Assembly: GCA_002325785.1 (NCBI GenBank)
Contig: DCSU01000158.1
Span: 30,141 to 67,064 of the forward strand
From: Bacteroidales bacterium UBA1458
GTDB lineage: Bacteria; Bacteroidota; Bacteroidia; Bacteroidales; VadinHA17
Length of the DNA: 36,924 nt
Direction: 5' to 3'
The notes beneath the pieces are model-generated. The model saw nothing but the letters and a program-made list of their open reading frames with translations. It was not told where the DNA came from and did no database searches. Shown one piece after another: positions 9,394 to 19,200 of the stretch (positions are counted from its first letter, which is position 1; each line of letters begins with the position of its first letter). The position numbers and the translations under genes were made by a program.

Positions 9394-9497
9394 ATTATTA
9401 GGTTGTTTGAAAATTCAGTCTCTGTAAATATAGAGAATTTGACTAAATTGTCCGGTGACAATAATCTCCTTAAGGATAACCTTATAAAAAAACACCC

Positions 9498-10601
9498 ATG
9501 AAAACATTTATGTCGTTTATTGCACTGTTGCTTCTGCTGGCACCGGTCAAGGCAGCGGAGGAGGAGTTTCCGGTGCTGGGTCTCTGTATCTCGGCACCCG
9601 AACCGGAGTTTGTTAAGGAGTTTGACAAATTTATCCGGGAAGAGCTGGCTCCACTAGGGATAAACACCCTGGTACTGAGGGTCGACTGGAACTTTGAATA
9701 TACCTCGCACCCGGAGCTGAGAGGCGATAATCCTCTATCGGAAAAGGATATTAAACTGCTTGTCAGCACCTGCAGAGCATTAAATATCAATCTCATCCCC
9801 CAAATTAATCTTCTCGGCCACCAGTCGTGGGCAACAAAGACCGGCAAGCTTCTCGAGGTCTATCCTCAGTTCGACGAAACACCGTGGGTACAGATGCCGG
9901 AGGAATACAAGTGGCCCAATGATGACGGTCTGTACTGCAAGAGTTACTGTCCGCTGCACCCGGAGGTACATGATGTGGTGCTGAAGGTCGTGGGCGAGCT
10001 TGTGGATGTCTTTGAGGCCACCTCTTTCCACGCGGGAATGGATGAGGTTTTTTACATTGGCGACAGTAAGTGTCCCAGGTGCTCCGGCAGGGACAATGCT
10101 GAGCTTTTTGCCGGGGAGGTAAACCTGATCCGGAATTTCCTGGCCGGCAAGGGGTGCGAGTTGTGGATTTGGGGCGACAGGCTCATTGACGGCAAGACCA
10201 CAGGCTACGGCATGTGGGAAGCAAGCATGAATAACACCCACAGGGCCATTGACATGATAAGCAAGGATGTGGTCATATGTGACTGGCATTATGAGAGGCC
10301 TGATCTGACTGCGGTGATGTTCGCACTGAAAGGCTTCACGGTTCTGACGTGCCCGTGGCGCACCCCGGAGGTAGCCCTGAAGCAGCTTGACAACACCCGT
10401 ATGTTTATCTCAACAGCCAATAAGGTCACGAGAGAGAGGTATGCAGGGATCCTTCAGACGGAATGGGGCAACGCGGAAAATTTCGTGAACGACTTCAGGG
10501 AAATAAGCAAGAATGGCGCTGCGCCTCAGGGAAAAGAGAAGAGTGCGGCCAACACATTCTATCTTCTGACCAGGGCGATTGCCGGCAACCGCAAAGAGTA
10601 G
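9498..10601 (+). CDS. Secreted GH20-like glycoside hydrolase (catalytic domain only)
   Basis: Signal peptide; IPQINLLGH, FHAGMDEVF (adjacent Asp-Glu pair), IWGDRL, CDWHY. Confidence 0.75.
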   Translation: MKTFMSFIALLLLLAPVKAAEEEFPVLGLCISAPEPEFVKEFDKFIREELAPLGINTLVLRVDWNFEYTSHPELRGDNPLSEKDIKLLVSTCRALNINLIPQINLLGHQSWATKTGKLLEVYPQFDETPWVQMPEEYKWPNDDGLYCKSYCPLHPEVHDVVLKVVGELVDVFEATSFHAGMDEVFYIGDSKCPRCSGRDNAELFAGEVNLIRNFLAGKGCELWIWGDRLIDGKTTGYGMWEASMNNTHRAIDMISKDVVICDWHYERPDLTAVMFALKGFTVLTCPWRTPEVALKQLDNTRMFISTANKVTRERYAGILQTEWGNAENFVNDFREISKNGAAPQGKEKSAANTFYLLTRAIAGNRKE

Positions 10602-10607
10602 AAGGGT

Positions 10608-12134
10608 CTACTCTTCTTCAGTAACACTATACTGTTTCCTGAGGCCGTCAAGACGCTTCCTGAGATCTTTCTCAATCCTGTCATAAGCGGAGTCATCAAT
10701 GAGGTTGCTCATCTCATGAGGGTCAATGCTGAGGTCATACAGCTCCCAGCGGTCTATATCATTGTAAAAATGAATGAGCTTGTACCTGTCGGTTCTGATT
10801 CCGTAATGTCTTTTAACCGCATGCTCGGCGGGGTACTCATAGTAATGGTAGTAAAGGGCATCACGCCATCCTTTCGTTTTTGATCCTCTGAGCAGTGGCA
10901 CAAGAGATACCCCCTGCATTTCTTTCGGCGGCGTGACGCCAGCCAGTTCCAGGAAGGTGGGCGCAAAATCAATATTCTGGACCATCTGGTCAATATCTCC
11001 GTGGGCAGTCAGACCCTCCGGCAACCGCATCATAAGGGGAGTTCTGAATGACTCCTCATACATGAACCGTTTGTCAAACCAGCCATGTTCGCCAAGATAA
11101 AAGCCCTGGTCTGATGTATAGACCACCAGGGTATTTTTCTGCAGACCCTCTGATTCGAGGTAATCGAGCAGGCGTCCCGTGTTGCGGTCAACTGACTGTA
11201 TCGTACGGAGGTAATCAGTCAGATACCTGTTGAGTTTATACAACGCCAGTGAGTCGCCTGCCGGGGGGTTGGAGTTATAAGCCCTGCTGATACTGTCATA
11301 CTCTCTCAGCCAGGCTTTGCGCTGCTCCGGGCTAAGGCGGTGATTGACATACCAGAGATAGTCTTTTTCAGACTGTGACAGTGAGTCGCCGTCAGCGCCG
11401 GTGATCTTGAGATCATATGACATGCGCATATCCTTCATGACACTCATCTCCTGCTCAGCGGCAGCCTGTCTCCCCTGGTATGTGTCGAAGAAGGTCTCCG
11501 GCACCGGGAATACCGTTCCGTCATAAAGGTCGAAGTCGGCCGTATCAGGCATCCAGTTGCGGTGAGGAGCCTTGTGATGGACCAGCAGGCAGAAGGGTTT
11601 ATCCCTGTCGCGCTTCTCCATCCAGTCTAAAGCCATGTCGGTAATTATGGTGGTGGCATATCCCGGCACCCTGTATGTACGTCCCATCTCAATGAAGTCG
11701 GGGTTATAATAGCTCCCCTGTCCGGGTAAAATATTCCAGTAGTCAAAGCCGGTTGGCTCGCTCTTCAGGTGCCACTTGCCGATCAGAGCAGTCTGGTATC
11801 CGGCTTGCTGAAGCAGTTTCGGGAAGGTCACCTGGGAGCTGTCAAACCTGTGCCTGTTGTCAATGTGTCCATTGATGTGGCTGTGTTTTCCCGTCAGCAG
11901 CGCCGCCCTGCTGGGAGCGCAGATGGAGTTGCAGACGAAGCTGTTGCGGAAGATTATACCCTCATCGGCAATGCGGTCGAGGTTTGGGGTGTTGTTGATC
12001 TCACTGCCGTATGCGCCTACAGCCTGGTATGCATGATCATCGGTCATGATGAAGATGATATTCGGACGCAGAGGCTCCTGCCTGGTGCACGACCAGAGCA
12101 AAAGAAGCAAAGTCGGAAGAACTAAATGCCTCAT
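10608..12134 (-). CDS. Lipoprotein S1 sulfatase, Cys-type (N-acetylglucosamine-6-sulfatase-like)
   Basis: Lipobox LLLWSC; PNIIFIMTDD; SICAPSRAALLTG; GKWHL; YTSDQGFYLGEHGWFDKR. Confidence 0.9.
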   Translation of the reverse strand: MRHLVLPTLLLLLWSCTRQEPLRPNIIFIMTDDHAYQAVGAYGSEINNTPNLDRIADEGIIFRNSFVCNSICAPSRAALLTGKHSHINGHIDNRHRFDSSQVTFPKLLQQAGYQTALIGKWHLKSEPTGFDYWNILPGQGSYYNPDFIEMGRTYRVPGYATTIITDMALDWMEKRDRDKPFCLLVHHKAPHRNWMPDTADFDLYDGTVFPVPETFFDTYQGRQAAAEQEMSVMKDMRMSYDLKITGADGDSLSQSEKDYLWYVNHRLSPEQRKAWLREYDSISRAYNSNPPAGDSLALYKLNRYLTDYLRTIQSVDRNTGRLLDYLESEGLQKNTLVVYTSDQGFYLGEHGWFDKRFMYEESFRTPLMMRLPEGLTAHGDIDQMVQNIDFAPTFLELAGVTPPKEMQGVSLVPLLRGSKTKGWRDALYYHYYEYPAEHAVKRHYGIRTDRYKLIHFYNDIDRWELYDLSIDPHEMSNLIDDSAYDRIEKDLRKRLDGLRKQYSVTEEE

Positions 12135-12200
12135 GATTAATGTATTGATTTAAGTAACCTGACTTCTGCCACAACCTGCAGGAGCCTTATCCGGCAACTG

Positions 12201-13367
12201 TCAGATAGTAACTATCTTTTTCCTGATAATTATCCATGCAACTATCAGCAGGTAAGCGGCGCAAAGCAGCAGGACCCCCATTCCCGGCACCACTCCAAGC
12301 GAGTCGCTCACCAGTCCCATCACCGGAGGAATCAGTGCCCCTCCGGAAATTGCCATCATCATGAGCCCCGAGATCTCGTTGCTTCTTTCCGGGTATCTCT
12401 GTACCGTAAGTGAGTAGACCAGGGGGAAGATGTTAGCCACGCCCAGTCCGATAATGAACACCAGTGCCCAGGCGGCACCCTTTGATGGTATGACCAGTAT
12501 GAGGAAGATGGAAATGATAGAGAGGATGGCACTGTAAAGCAGTCCTTTGGTCGATGAGAGCCTGGTCAGGATCAGCGCTCCAACGAAGGTACCCAGCATA
12601 CGGCCGAAGAAATAAACACTGCGACCCGACTGGGCTGCCACCTCTTCAATACCGAATCTGGTTGTTAGGTACTTGCCGGAAAAGTAGTTGAATCCCACGT
12701 CTATGCCCACCACCAGGAAGATGGATATGACCATCATGAGGACATAGGAATTTCCAAGCAGCCTGAAGGCAGAAGCCATTGAGGCCTTCTCCCCTGTCAC
12801 AGCAGTCTCTTCAACCTTCACTGTACTGAGCCATAGGACGCTGAGGAAGGAAATGATGCCATAAACGAGAAACAGCAGCTTCCAGTCGCCAAAGCGGCTT
12901 GCAAACAGTGCAGCCAGGGGTGCGGCTATCATTGAACCTATGGCCTTTATGAACTGCGAGAAACTGAGGAAGCTTGAGGCTCTCCTCCCTGGCACTACAT
13001 CAACGAGCAGGGGATTTGCAGAGACCTGGACTATGGTGTTGCCAATGCCCAGCAATGCAAAGCCGGCGATGACGGTAATGAAATTATAAAAGAAGTAAGG
13101 TATGAACAGACCTATACCGGTGATGGCCATGCCTGTGTTAAGCATCACTTTCTTTCCTACCCGCGCCTGAAGGATACCTACAGGTACTGAGAGAAGGAAG
13201 AACCATATGAAAGCCGCGAAAGGTATGAGCCCGAGTATGAAATCGCTCAGCCCGAGATCGCCGGCCACACGGTCCTTGCCTATTCCCACAAGGTCAACAA
13301 AACTCATCACGAAGAAAGAGAGGAGCACCGGCACTACCAGTCTCATCTCGATTTTTTTCTCATTCAT
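12201..13367 (-). CDS. MFS sugar transporter (FucP/GluP-like)
   Basis: About 12 TM helices; QVSANPL and ANIFP motifs; 19 nt downstream of ROK kinase gene. Confidence 0.85.
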   Translation of the reverse strand: MNEKKIEMRLVVPVLLSFFVMSFVDLVGIGKDRVAGDLGLSDFILGLIPFAAFIWFFLLSVPVGILQARVGKKVMLNTGMAITGIGLFIPYFFYNFITVIAGFALLGIGNTIVQVSANPLLVDVVPGRRASSFLSFSQFIKAIGSMIAAPLAALFASRFGDWKLLFLVYGIISFLSVLWLSTVKVEETAVTGEKASMASAFRLLGNSYVLMMVISIFLVVGIDVGFNYFSGKYLTTRFGIEEVAAQSGRSVYFFGRMLGTFVGALILTRLSSTKGLLYSAILSIISIFLILVIPSKGAAWALVFIIGLGVANIFPLVYSLTVQRYPERSNEISGLMMMAISGGALIPPVMGLVSDSLGVVPGMGVLLLCAAYLLIVAWIIIRKKIVTI

Positions 13368-13386
13368 TTTTTCAGGTTGTTCAGTC

Positions 13387-14331
13387 TTACATTAAAGGAA
13401 GCGCAGGTTGCACTGCCTTCCAGAATCCTTCATCGAAAAGATAGGCGCTGCCCATCAGTGCGGCATCCTCCTTTAGTTCGGAAATGGTAACCGATGTACG
13501 GCACCCGGCCTTTCCCAGTTCATTTTCGAAAGAGGGTCCGAAAAGGGTCCAGGCATGGGAGATATTACCGCCTATCACCAGAATTTCTGCCTCGAATCTT
13601 TTCAGCCACGGAGCGAGAAAGGCTCCCAGGCTTGTTCCGAACTCAGTGAAGAGGTCAAGCACCTCCGGCAGGCGTTCTGCCTCGCCAGCCACCTCCTTCA
13701 CCCCGGCAGCCTCTCGTCCGGTCACCTCAACGAACCTGGAGGTGAACCATCGGGTTGAGAAATAGTCGTCAGCAATGCCATTACCAAATGGAAGGTGGTA
13801 AACGCATCCCATCTTCGGCACCCTGTTTCCCTCAACCACTGGTATGCGGTCATCCAGGAAGGCTGAACCGAAACCGGTTCCGAGTGTAATCGCCATCATC
13901 TTCCGGCTGCCGGCTGCTTTTCCTGCCCATGCTTCACCTACAGCGAAAGAACTGGCATCATTCATAAACCTCACCCTGCAGTCGCATGGCAGTCCAAGCC
14001 GTGAACTCACAGCTTTCCCCACGTTGACGCCATAGAGTTTTTCATACTTGGGCACCCCCCTGATGAGGCAGATCCCTTTGACATAGTCGAAAGGTCCAGG
14101 CATTGCGAATCCTATCCCCCGAAGATTGAATATCTGTATTCCCCTCAGTACTCTTTTCAGGGTGTCAGTCCAGACAGTCAGTATCTCGTCGGCTTCCGCC
14201 TTGTTGTCCACCGTACTTTCCGCACGTGAGCCGCTGATGATCCTGTGACCGTCCATATCAACCGCCACGGCGGTGATATGGCTGCCACCGATGTCTACGC
14301 CTATGGCAATATTCTGAAGTGAAGTACTCAT
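13387..14331 (-). CDS. ROK-family sugar kinase
   Basis: GVDIGGSHI, GFAMPGPFD, FMNDA, TLGTGFGSA, IGGNI, AALMGSA; no N-terminal HTH. Confidence 0.88.
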   Translation of the reverse strand: MSTSLQNIAIGVDIGGSHITAVAVDMDGHRIISGSRAESTVDNKAEADEILTVWTDTLKRVLRGIQIFNLRGIGFAMPGPFDYVKGICLIRGVPKYEKLYGVNVGKAVSSRLGLPCDCRVRFMNDASSFAVGEAWAGKAAGSRKMMAITLGTGFGSAFLDDRIPVVEGNRVPKMGCVYHLPFGNGIADDYFSTRWFTSRFVEVTGREAAGVKEVAGEAERLPEVLDLFTEFGTSLGAFLAPWLKRFEAEILVIGGNISHAWTLFGPSFENELGKAGCRTSVTISELKEDAALMGSAYLFDEGFWKAVQPALPLM

Positions 14332-14508
14332 TTTATGCTATCTGGAAATCCTTAATTTGTGGCAATGAAAATATCTATTTTCCCAAAGAGTGCAAAATGA
14401 ATTCACTTTTATATTCTCAAATTAGTTAGGAGCAATCTGATAATTATTATAAATTCGTAAGATTAATCCTAATCACAAGAACCAATCACAAACTAAATTC
14501 ATTTTATT

Positions 14509-15825
14509 ATGTCAAAGGCCACAAAGGAGGAAGCCCTCCTCTATCACAGCAGCGGGCGCAAGGGCAAGATAGAAGTAATCCCTACCAAGCCTTACTGTAC
14601 ACAGTCTGATCTGAGTCTTGCCTACACTCCCGGAGTTGCTTATCCCTGCCTGGAGATTGAGAAGAACCCTGATGATGCATATCTTTATACTGCCAAGGGT
14701 AATCTTGTGGCAGTCATCTCCAATGGCACAGCCGTTCTGGGGCTGGGCGACATCGGTACTCTGGCAGGTAAGCCGGTTATGGAAGGTAAAGGGCTGCTCT
14801 TCAAGGTTTTCGCTGATGTTGATGTATTTGATATTGAGGTTGATGAGAAGGATCCTGATAAGCTTATTGAGATCTGTGCAAAGATTGCCCCTACTTTTGG
14901 AGGGATCAATCTGGAGGATATCAAGGCTCCGGAGTGTTTTGAGGTGGAGACCAGGCTCAAGGAGATGCTTGACATCCCTGTATTTCATGACGACCAGCAT
15001 GGTACGGCAATCATCTCGGCAGCCGGGCTGCTGAGCGCCATTGACATCAGCGGAAAAAAACTTTCCGATATGAAGGTTGTCGTTTGTGGCGCCGGTGCAG
15101 CAGCCAACTCATGTACCCGCCTCTATGTGGCACTGGGTGTCAGGAGAGAAAATGTTGTCATGGTTGACAGCAAGGGGGTTATCAATACAAAAAGGACTGA
15201 TCTCAACAAATACAAGAAGGAGTGGATCACAAACCGGGATATAAACACCCTTGCAGAGGCTGTTAACGGTGCCGATCTGTTCCTGGGCCTGTCAGTTGCC
15301 AATATGCTTACCCGTGAGATGCTCAGTACTATGGCCCCTCATCCTATAGTCTTCGCCATGGCCAACCCCAATCCGGAGATAAGTTATGAAGACGCCATGG
15401 AAACCCGTGATGACCTGATCTTTGCCACCGGGCGGTCCGATTATCCCAACCAGATAAATAATGTGCTGGGATTCCCCTACATCTTCAGGGGAGCCCTTGA
15501 TGTCAGGGCAAAAACGATCAACGAGGAGATGAAACTTGCCGCAACGAGGGCTCTTGCTGCCCTGGCTAAAGAGCCTGTTCCTGAATCAGTGCTTAAGGCA
15601 TACGGTCTCGACAAACTGGAATTCGGCAGGGAATACATTATTCCCAAACCACTTGATCCCCGACTGATCTCAAGGGTTGCCTCAGCCGTGGCCATGGCTG
15701 CAGTAGAGACCGGAGTTGCAAGGTTGCAAATTGACGACTGGGATGCCTACAGGAAGTCACTTGAAAAACGAACCTCAGAGCATATCAACAGAATCTCGGA
15801 TATCTGTTGTCTGAGACACCCGTAA
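14509..15825 (+). CDS. maeB: NAD(P)-dependent malic enzyme, MaeB-type catalytic part without phosphotransacetylase domain
   Basis: LSLAYTPGVA, SNGTAVLGLG, KPVMEGK, INLEDI, FHDDQHGT, GAGAA, FAMANPNPEI, TGRSDYPNQINN. Confidence 0.88.
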   Translation: MSKATKEEALLYHSSGRKGKIEVIPTKPYCTQSDLSLAYTPGVAYPCLEIEKNPDDAYLYTAKGNLVAVISNGTAVLGLGDIGTLAGKPVMEGKGLLFKVFADVDVFDIEVDEKDPDKLIEICAKIAPTFGGINLEDIKAPECFEVETRLKEMLDIPVFHDDQHGTAIISAAGLLSAIDISGKKLSDMKVVVCGAGAAANSCTRLYVALGVRRENVVMVDSKGVINTKRTDLNKYKKEWITNRDINTLAEAVNGADLFLGLSVANMLTREMLSTMAPHPIVFAMANPNPEISYEDAMETRDDLIFATGRSDYPNQINNVLGFPYIFRGALDVRAKTINEEMKLAATRALAALAKEPVPESVLKAYGLDKLEFGREYIIPKPLDPRLISRVASAVAMAAVETGVARLQIDDWDAYRKSLEKRTSEHINRISDICCLRHP

Positions 15826-15828
15826 GGA

Positions 15829-15863
15829 AAAAGGGCCGGCAGCAACTGTATGCCGGCCCTTTT
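15829..15863. terminator. Probably bidirectional intrinsic terminator
   Basis: Perfect 13-bp inverted repeat aaaagggccggca / tgccggccctttt with 9-nt loop between convergent genes. Confidence 0.88.
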
Positions 15864-15924
15864 ATTACCCTCCTCACATATTTGCCAACCAACCGTGCCC
15901 AAACTCTTAGAAAACACGGTATTA

Positions 15925-16620
15925 TCATTTCAGTTTAATGCCGAGCTTCGACTCGTACATGGTCATAATCATTGACGAGATCTGCTCAATGGAAAAACTG
16001 CTCCTGTTAAATGTCACATCGAAGAGATGGTCAATTGAGAGAGGTTTTTTCTCAAGGAAATCGATTAGCAGCTTATGCCGCTTCTCGTCTGTCTGAAGAG
16101 TGTATTCCTCAGCCTTTTCTATAATCATACCCTTCTTGCTCATCACGTTACGGACCCTCCAGTACAATGGAGCCACCAGCCTGACATGAAGGGCATTAGC
16201 CATATCGTGTGTAATAGCTACGCCACCCCTCCCAATTATAACTGCATAACCGTCACGTGCTATTGAATGTACCACCTCCCTGATAGCTTTCTTGACCGAG
16301 CTGTCAGTCACAAAAGAGCCCGAGAAGGCCATTATCATCTGAGATATATCGGTCATGCCCAAACCCTGGTAGTAGGTCTCAACACGCTGCGCGTCAGTCT
16401 TCAGTTCATAGGCGGCATGATAGATGATATCCTTGTCTACCCACTTCCATCTGTTTGTGTTGTACCTGAGGTTAAGTTGCGCCACGAGCTCCGCGGCAAC
16501 TTCCCTCCCGTCACACCCTGTCAGACGTGAGATGGTAATAACCGGACCGGTCTGATCAACTGGCCTGCCAAGCATTTCAGCCCTGTAGCGCGTATCGAAA
16601 TAATCGAATATCTTTTTCAC
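15925..16620 (-). CDS. Cytidylate-kinase-like family protein (P-loop fold, function unclear)
   Basis: VITISRLTGCDG, VIIGRGG, LHVRLVAP, DEKR, FDVTFN; start placed at GTG 16620 (MKKIFDYF), alternative GTG at 16659. Confidence 0.78.
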   Translation of the reverse strand: MKKIFDYFDTRYRAEMLGRPVDQTGPVITISRLTGCDGREVAAELVAQLNLRYNTNRWKWVDKDIIYHAAYELKTDAQRVETYYQGLGMTDISQMIMAFSGSFVTDSSVKKAIREVVHSIARDGYAVIIGRGGVAITHDMANALHVRLVAPLYWRVRNVMSKKGMIIEKAEEYTLQTDEKRHKLLIDFLEKKPLSIDHLFDVTFNRSSFSIEQISSMIMTMYESKLGIKLK

Positions 16621-16787
16621 GGCCAAGACACTAACTGCCGCAGCCGTGACCAGTGTCACCCGGGCTGCAGCATTTATTAAATTTTACAAAATATAGTAAA
16701 TTTTTATTGAAATGTCAAGTAAATCAGTCAAAAAACAACTTCTAATATTCAGATAGGCTGATCTCAGTGATCAATTGCAGTTCGCAA

Positions 16788-19157
16788 TCACCGTTCGCCA
16801 TGCTCGGTGCGCCTTATTATCTCGTTCTGGAGATCATCGCCAAGGTCATTGAAATAATCACTGTAACCAGCTACACGGACAATCAGGTCACGGTACAGTT
16901 CAGGATGTTTCTGCGCGTCACGGAGGGTATCGGCGCTGACGACATTGAACTGTATGTGATGACCGTCAAGGCTGAAGTAGCTTCTGATCAGGGCGGTGAG
17001 TTTATGATAGCTTTCCTCATCCTCAAAGAACTCCGGTGAGAACTTCTGATTGAGGAGCGTACCGCCGGTTCTGAGATGGTCTATTTTAGAAGCCGACTTG
17101 ATAACAGCGGTCGGTCCCTGGCGGTCAACGCCCTGGGAAGGGGAGATACCCTCTGAAAGGGGCACCCAGGCATTGCGGCCGTCGGGAGTGGCCCCGGTGA
17201 CATTGCCAAAGTAGACGTGAGAGGTGGTAGGCAGCATGTTGATGCGGTGAATACCTCCCCTCGGGGTGGGCCTCCCGCTGACGGCATCATGAAAATACTC
17301 AAACACAGTAACAGCCTGTTTATCAGCATATTCGTCATCATTCCCATACTTCGGAGTATTGAAGATCATCTCATACTGCATCTCCTCAGCCCCTACAAAG
17401 TTGTTCTGCAGGGCGGTCAGCATCTCATTCCAGGTAAACCTCTTCCGGTCATAGATATTAAATCTGATTGAGGTGAGGATATCGGTGATGCTTCCCAGAC
17501 CCACTCCCTGTATATATGTGGTGTTATACCGGGCGCCGCCGGCATTGTAGTCTTTGCCGTTGGCAATGCAATCTTCAAGTAGAAGCGACAGGAAGGGCAC
17601 AGGGAGGTGAATGGCGAAGGTCTTTTCAATTACATTGTTACCCGTCACCTTTATGTCGGCGAAGTAGTTAACCTGTTCCCGGTATGCATTCAAAAACCCA
17701 TCAAAGGTGCTGAATAAGCCGGGGTCTCCTGTCTTTGGTCCCACCTGCACGCCAGTGCGGCGATCAAAACCATTGTTGAGCGTCACCTCGAGGATCTTCA
17801 CCAGGTTGAAGTATCCGGTCAGCCAGTAGCACTCAGTGCCAAAGGCGCCTGTCTCCACGCATCCTGACGCTCCGCCGTTGCGGGCATCGACGATGCTCTT
17901 GCCCTGGCGCAGAAGCTCCTCGATGATTGCCTCGGTGTTGAATACAGAGGGCTGTCCGAAGCCGGTCCTTATTATATCAAGGGCCTTATGTACCAGGGAA
18001 TCCGGGTTCTTGCGACTCACCTGCACCATGGAACTGGGCTGCAGGATACGCATCTCCTGTATGACATCGAGGAGAATATAGGTCATCGGGTTGACTGCGT
18101 CAGTGCCATCAGGCTTCACCCCGCCCAGGTTTATCAGGCAGAAGTCAGTATAGGTATTGCTCTCCTGCGCGGTGACGCCCATCTTGGGTGGCGAGGGGTG
18201 ATTGTTGAACTTGACCCAGAAGCATCCAAGGAGTTCATAAGCCGTCTCCGGGGTGAGGGTGTTCTCATCCAGACCCTTTCTATAAATGGGCCACAGGTGC
18301 TGGTCGAGGCGGCCGGGATTGAATGAATCCCAGGGATTAAGCTCTGTAACCACTCCGAGGTGAATGAACCAGTAATGCTGCAGCATCTCGTGGAATGTCT
18401 CCGGGGCATGGGCCGGCACGCGTCGGCAGACTGCTGCCATTCTGCTCAGCTCGCCGCGGCGCTTTTCATCCTTCTCGTCTGCCGCCATCACCTCCAGGGC
18501 GTCGGCATGCCTTCCGGCATACATGATGATGGCATCACAGGCAATGTCCATTGCCTTCAGTTCCTCACTCTTTTCATAGGCAGAAATATCATTGCGAAAA
18601 TCGAGCGCTGCAACCGAATCAGCTATCTCCTGCTTAAGGTCGAGGAACCCGGTGTGGAACATCTTGTATCCCAACACCGTGTGGCCCGGCGCTCTCTGCT
18701 CCTGAAACTCGGTGAATATGCCGGCCTTATAGGCGGCGAGCCACCCTGGGGTCATTCGTTCCATGATGCGGTCACGGTTGCTGCGACCCTTCCAGAAGGG
18801 AATGATCTCCTCACTGTAAATCTTTTTAACATCGTCGCTCACCCTGAAAAAGACCTTCTCGCGTGTATTGAGGATATCAAGGTCCCGGATCGAGTGCAGG
18901 CTTATCTCGGGATAGGTGGGTGTTGCCTTGGGTGCAGGGCCTCTTTCGCCCACAATGAGTTCGCCGTCATTGATGCAGATAGCCTTGTGGCTGAGCAGGT
19001 GTTCAAAGGCGCGCGCCCTGAGCACCGCCGCCGACAAACCCTGGGCCTCGCGAGCGGAGTAGAACTGAGTGATAAGTTGCGCCCTCTCAGCCGTAATGGT
19101 CTCCGTGGCATTCAGGCTCTGCTCCCTGAGCTTTATAACTCTGTCTGTCATTTTCAT
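16788..19157 (-). CDS. hypD: Glycyl radical enzyme, trans-4-hydroxy-L-proline dehydratase-like
   Basis: RVAGYS glycyl loop; SGCVETG Cys loop; HypD-type motifs EQRAPGHT, WDSFNPGRLDQ, ESNTYTDF, LTGYFN, MLPTTSH; 789 aa. Confidence 0.85.
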   Translation of the reverse strand: MKMTDRVIKLREQSLNATETITAERAQLITQFYSAREAQGLSAAVLRARAFEHLLSHKAICINDGELIVGERGPAPKATPTYPEISLHSIRDLDILNTREKVFFRVSDDVKKIYSEEIIPFWKGRSNRDRIMERMTPGWLAAYKAGIFTEFQEQRAPGHTVLGYKMFHTGFLDLKQEIADSVAALDFRNDISAYEKSEELKAMDIACDAIIMYAGRHADALEVMAADEKDEKRRGELSRMAAVCRRVPAHAPETFHEMLQHYWFIHLGVVTELNPWDSFNPGRLDQHLWPIYRKGLDENTLTPETAYELLGCFWVKFNNHPSPPKMGVTAQESNTYTDFCLINLGGVKPDGTDAVNPMTYILLDVIQEMRILQPSSMVQVSRKNPDSLVHKALDIIRTGFGQPSVFNTEAIIEELLRQGKSIVDARNGGASGCVETGAFGTECYWLTGYFNLVKILEVTLNNGFDRRTGVQVGPKTGDPGLFSTFDGFLNAYREQVNYFADIKVTGNNVIEKTFAIHLPVPFLSLLLEDCIANGKDYNAGGARYNTTYIQGVGLGSITDILTSIRFNIYDRKRFTWNEMLTALQNNFVGAEEMQYEMIFNTPKYGNDDEYADKQAVTVFEYFHDAVSGRPTPRGGIHRINMLPTTSHVYFGNVTGATPDGRNAWVPLSEGISPSQGVDRQGPTAVIKSASKIDHLRTGGTLLNQKFSPEFFEDEESYHKLTALIRSYFSLDGHHIQFNVVSADTLRDAQKHPELYRDLIVRVAGYSDYFNDLGDDLQNEIIRRTEHGER

Positions 19158-19200
19158 ATGGATCTGTTCTCCTTATTTATTACTTACTGCAGACGGGTTG

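Noticed and set aside
16788-19157. Pyruvate formate-lyase or choline TMA-lyase call
   Set aside because: Single-Cys GCVE loop rather than the PFL Cys-Cys pair; no microcompartment genes; motifs fit HypD better
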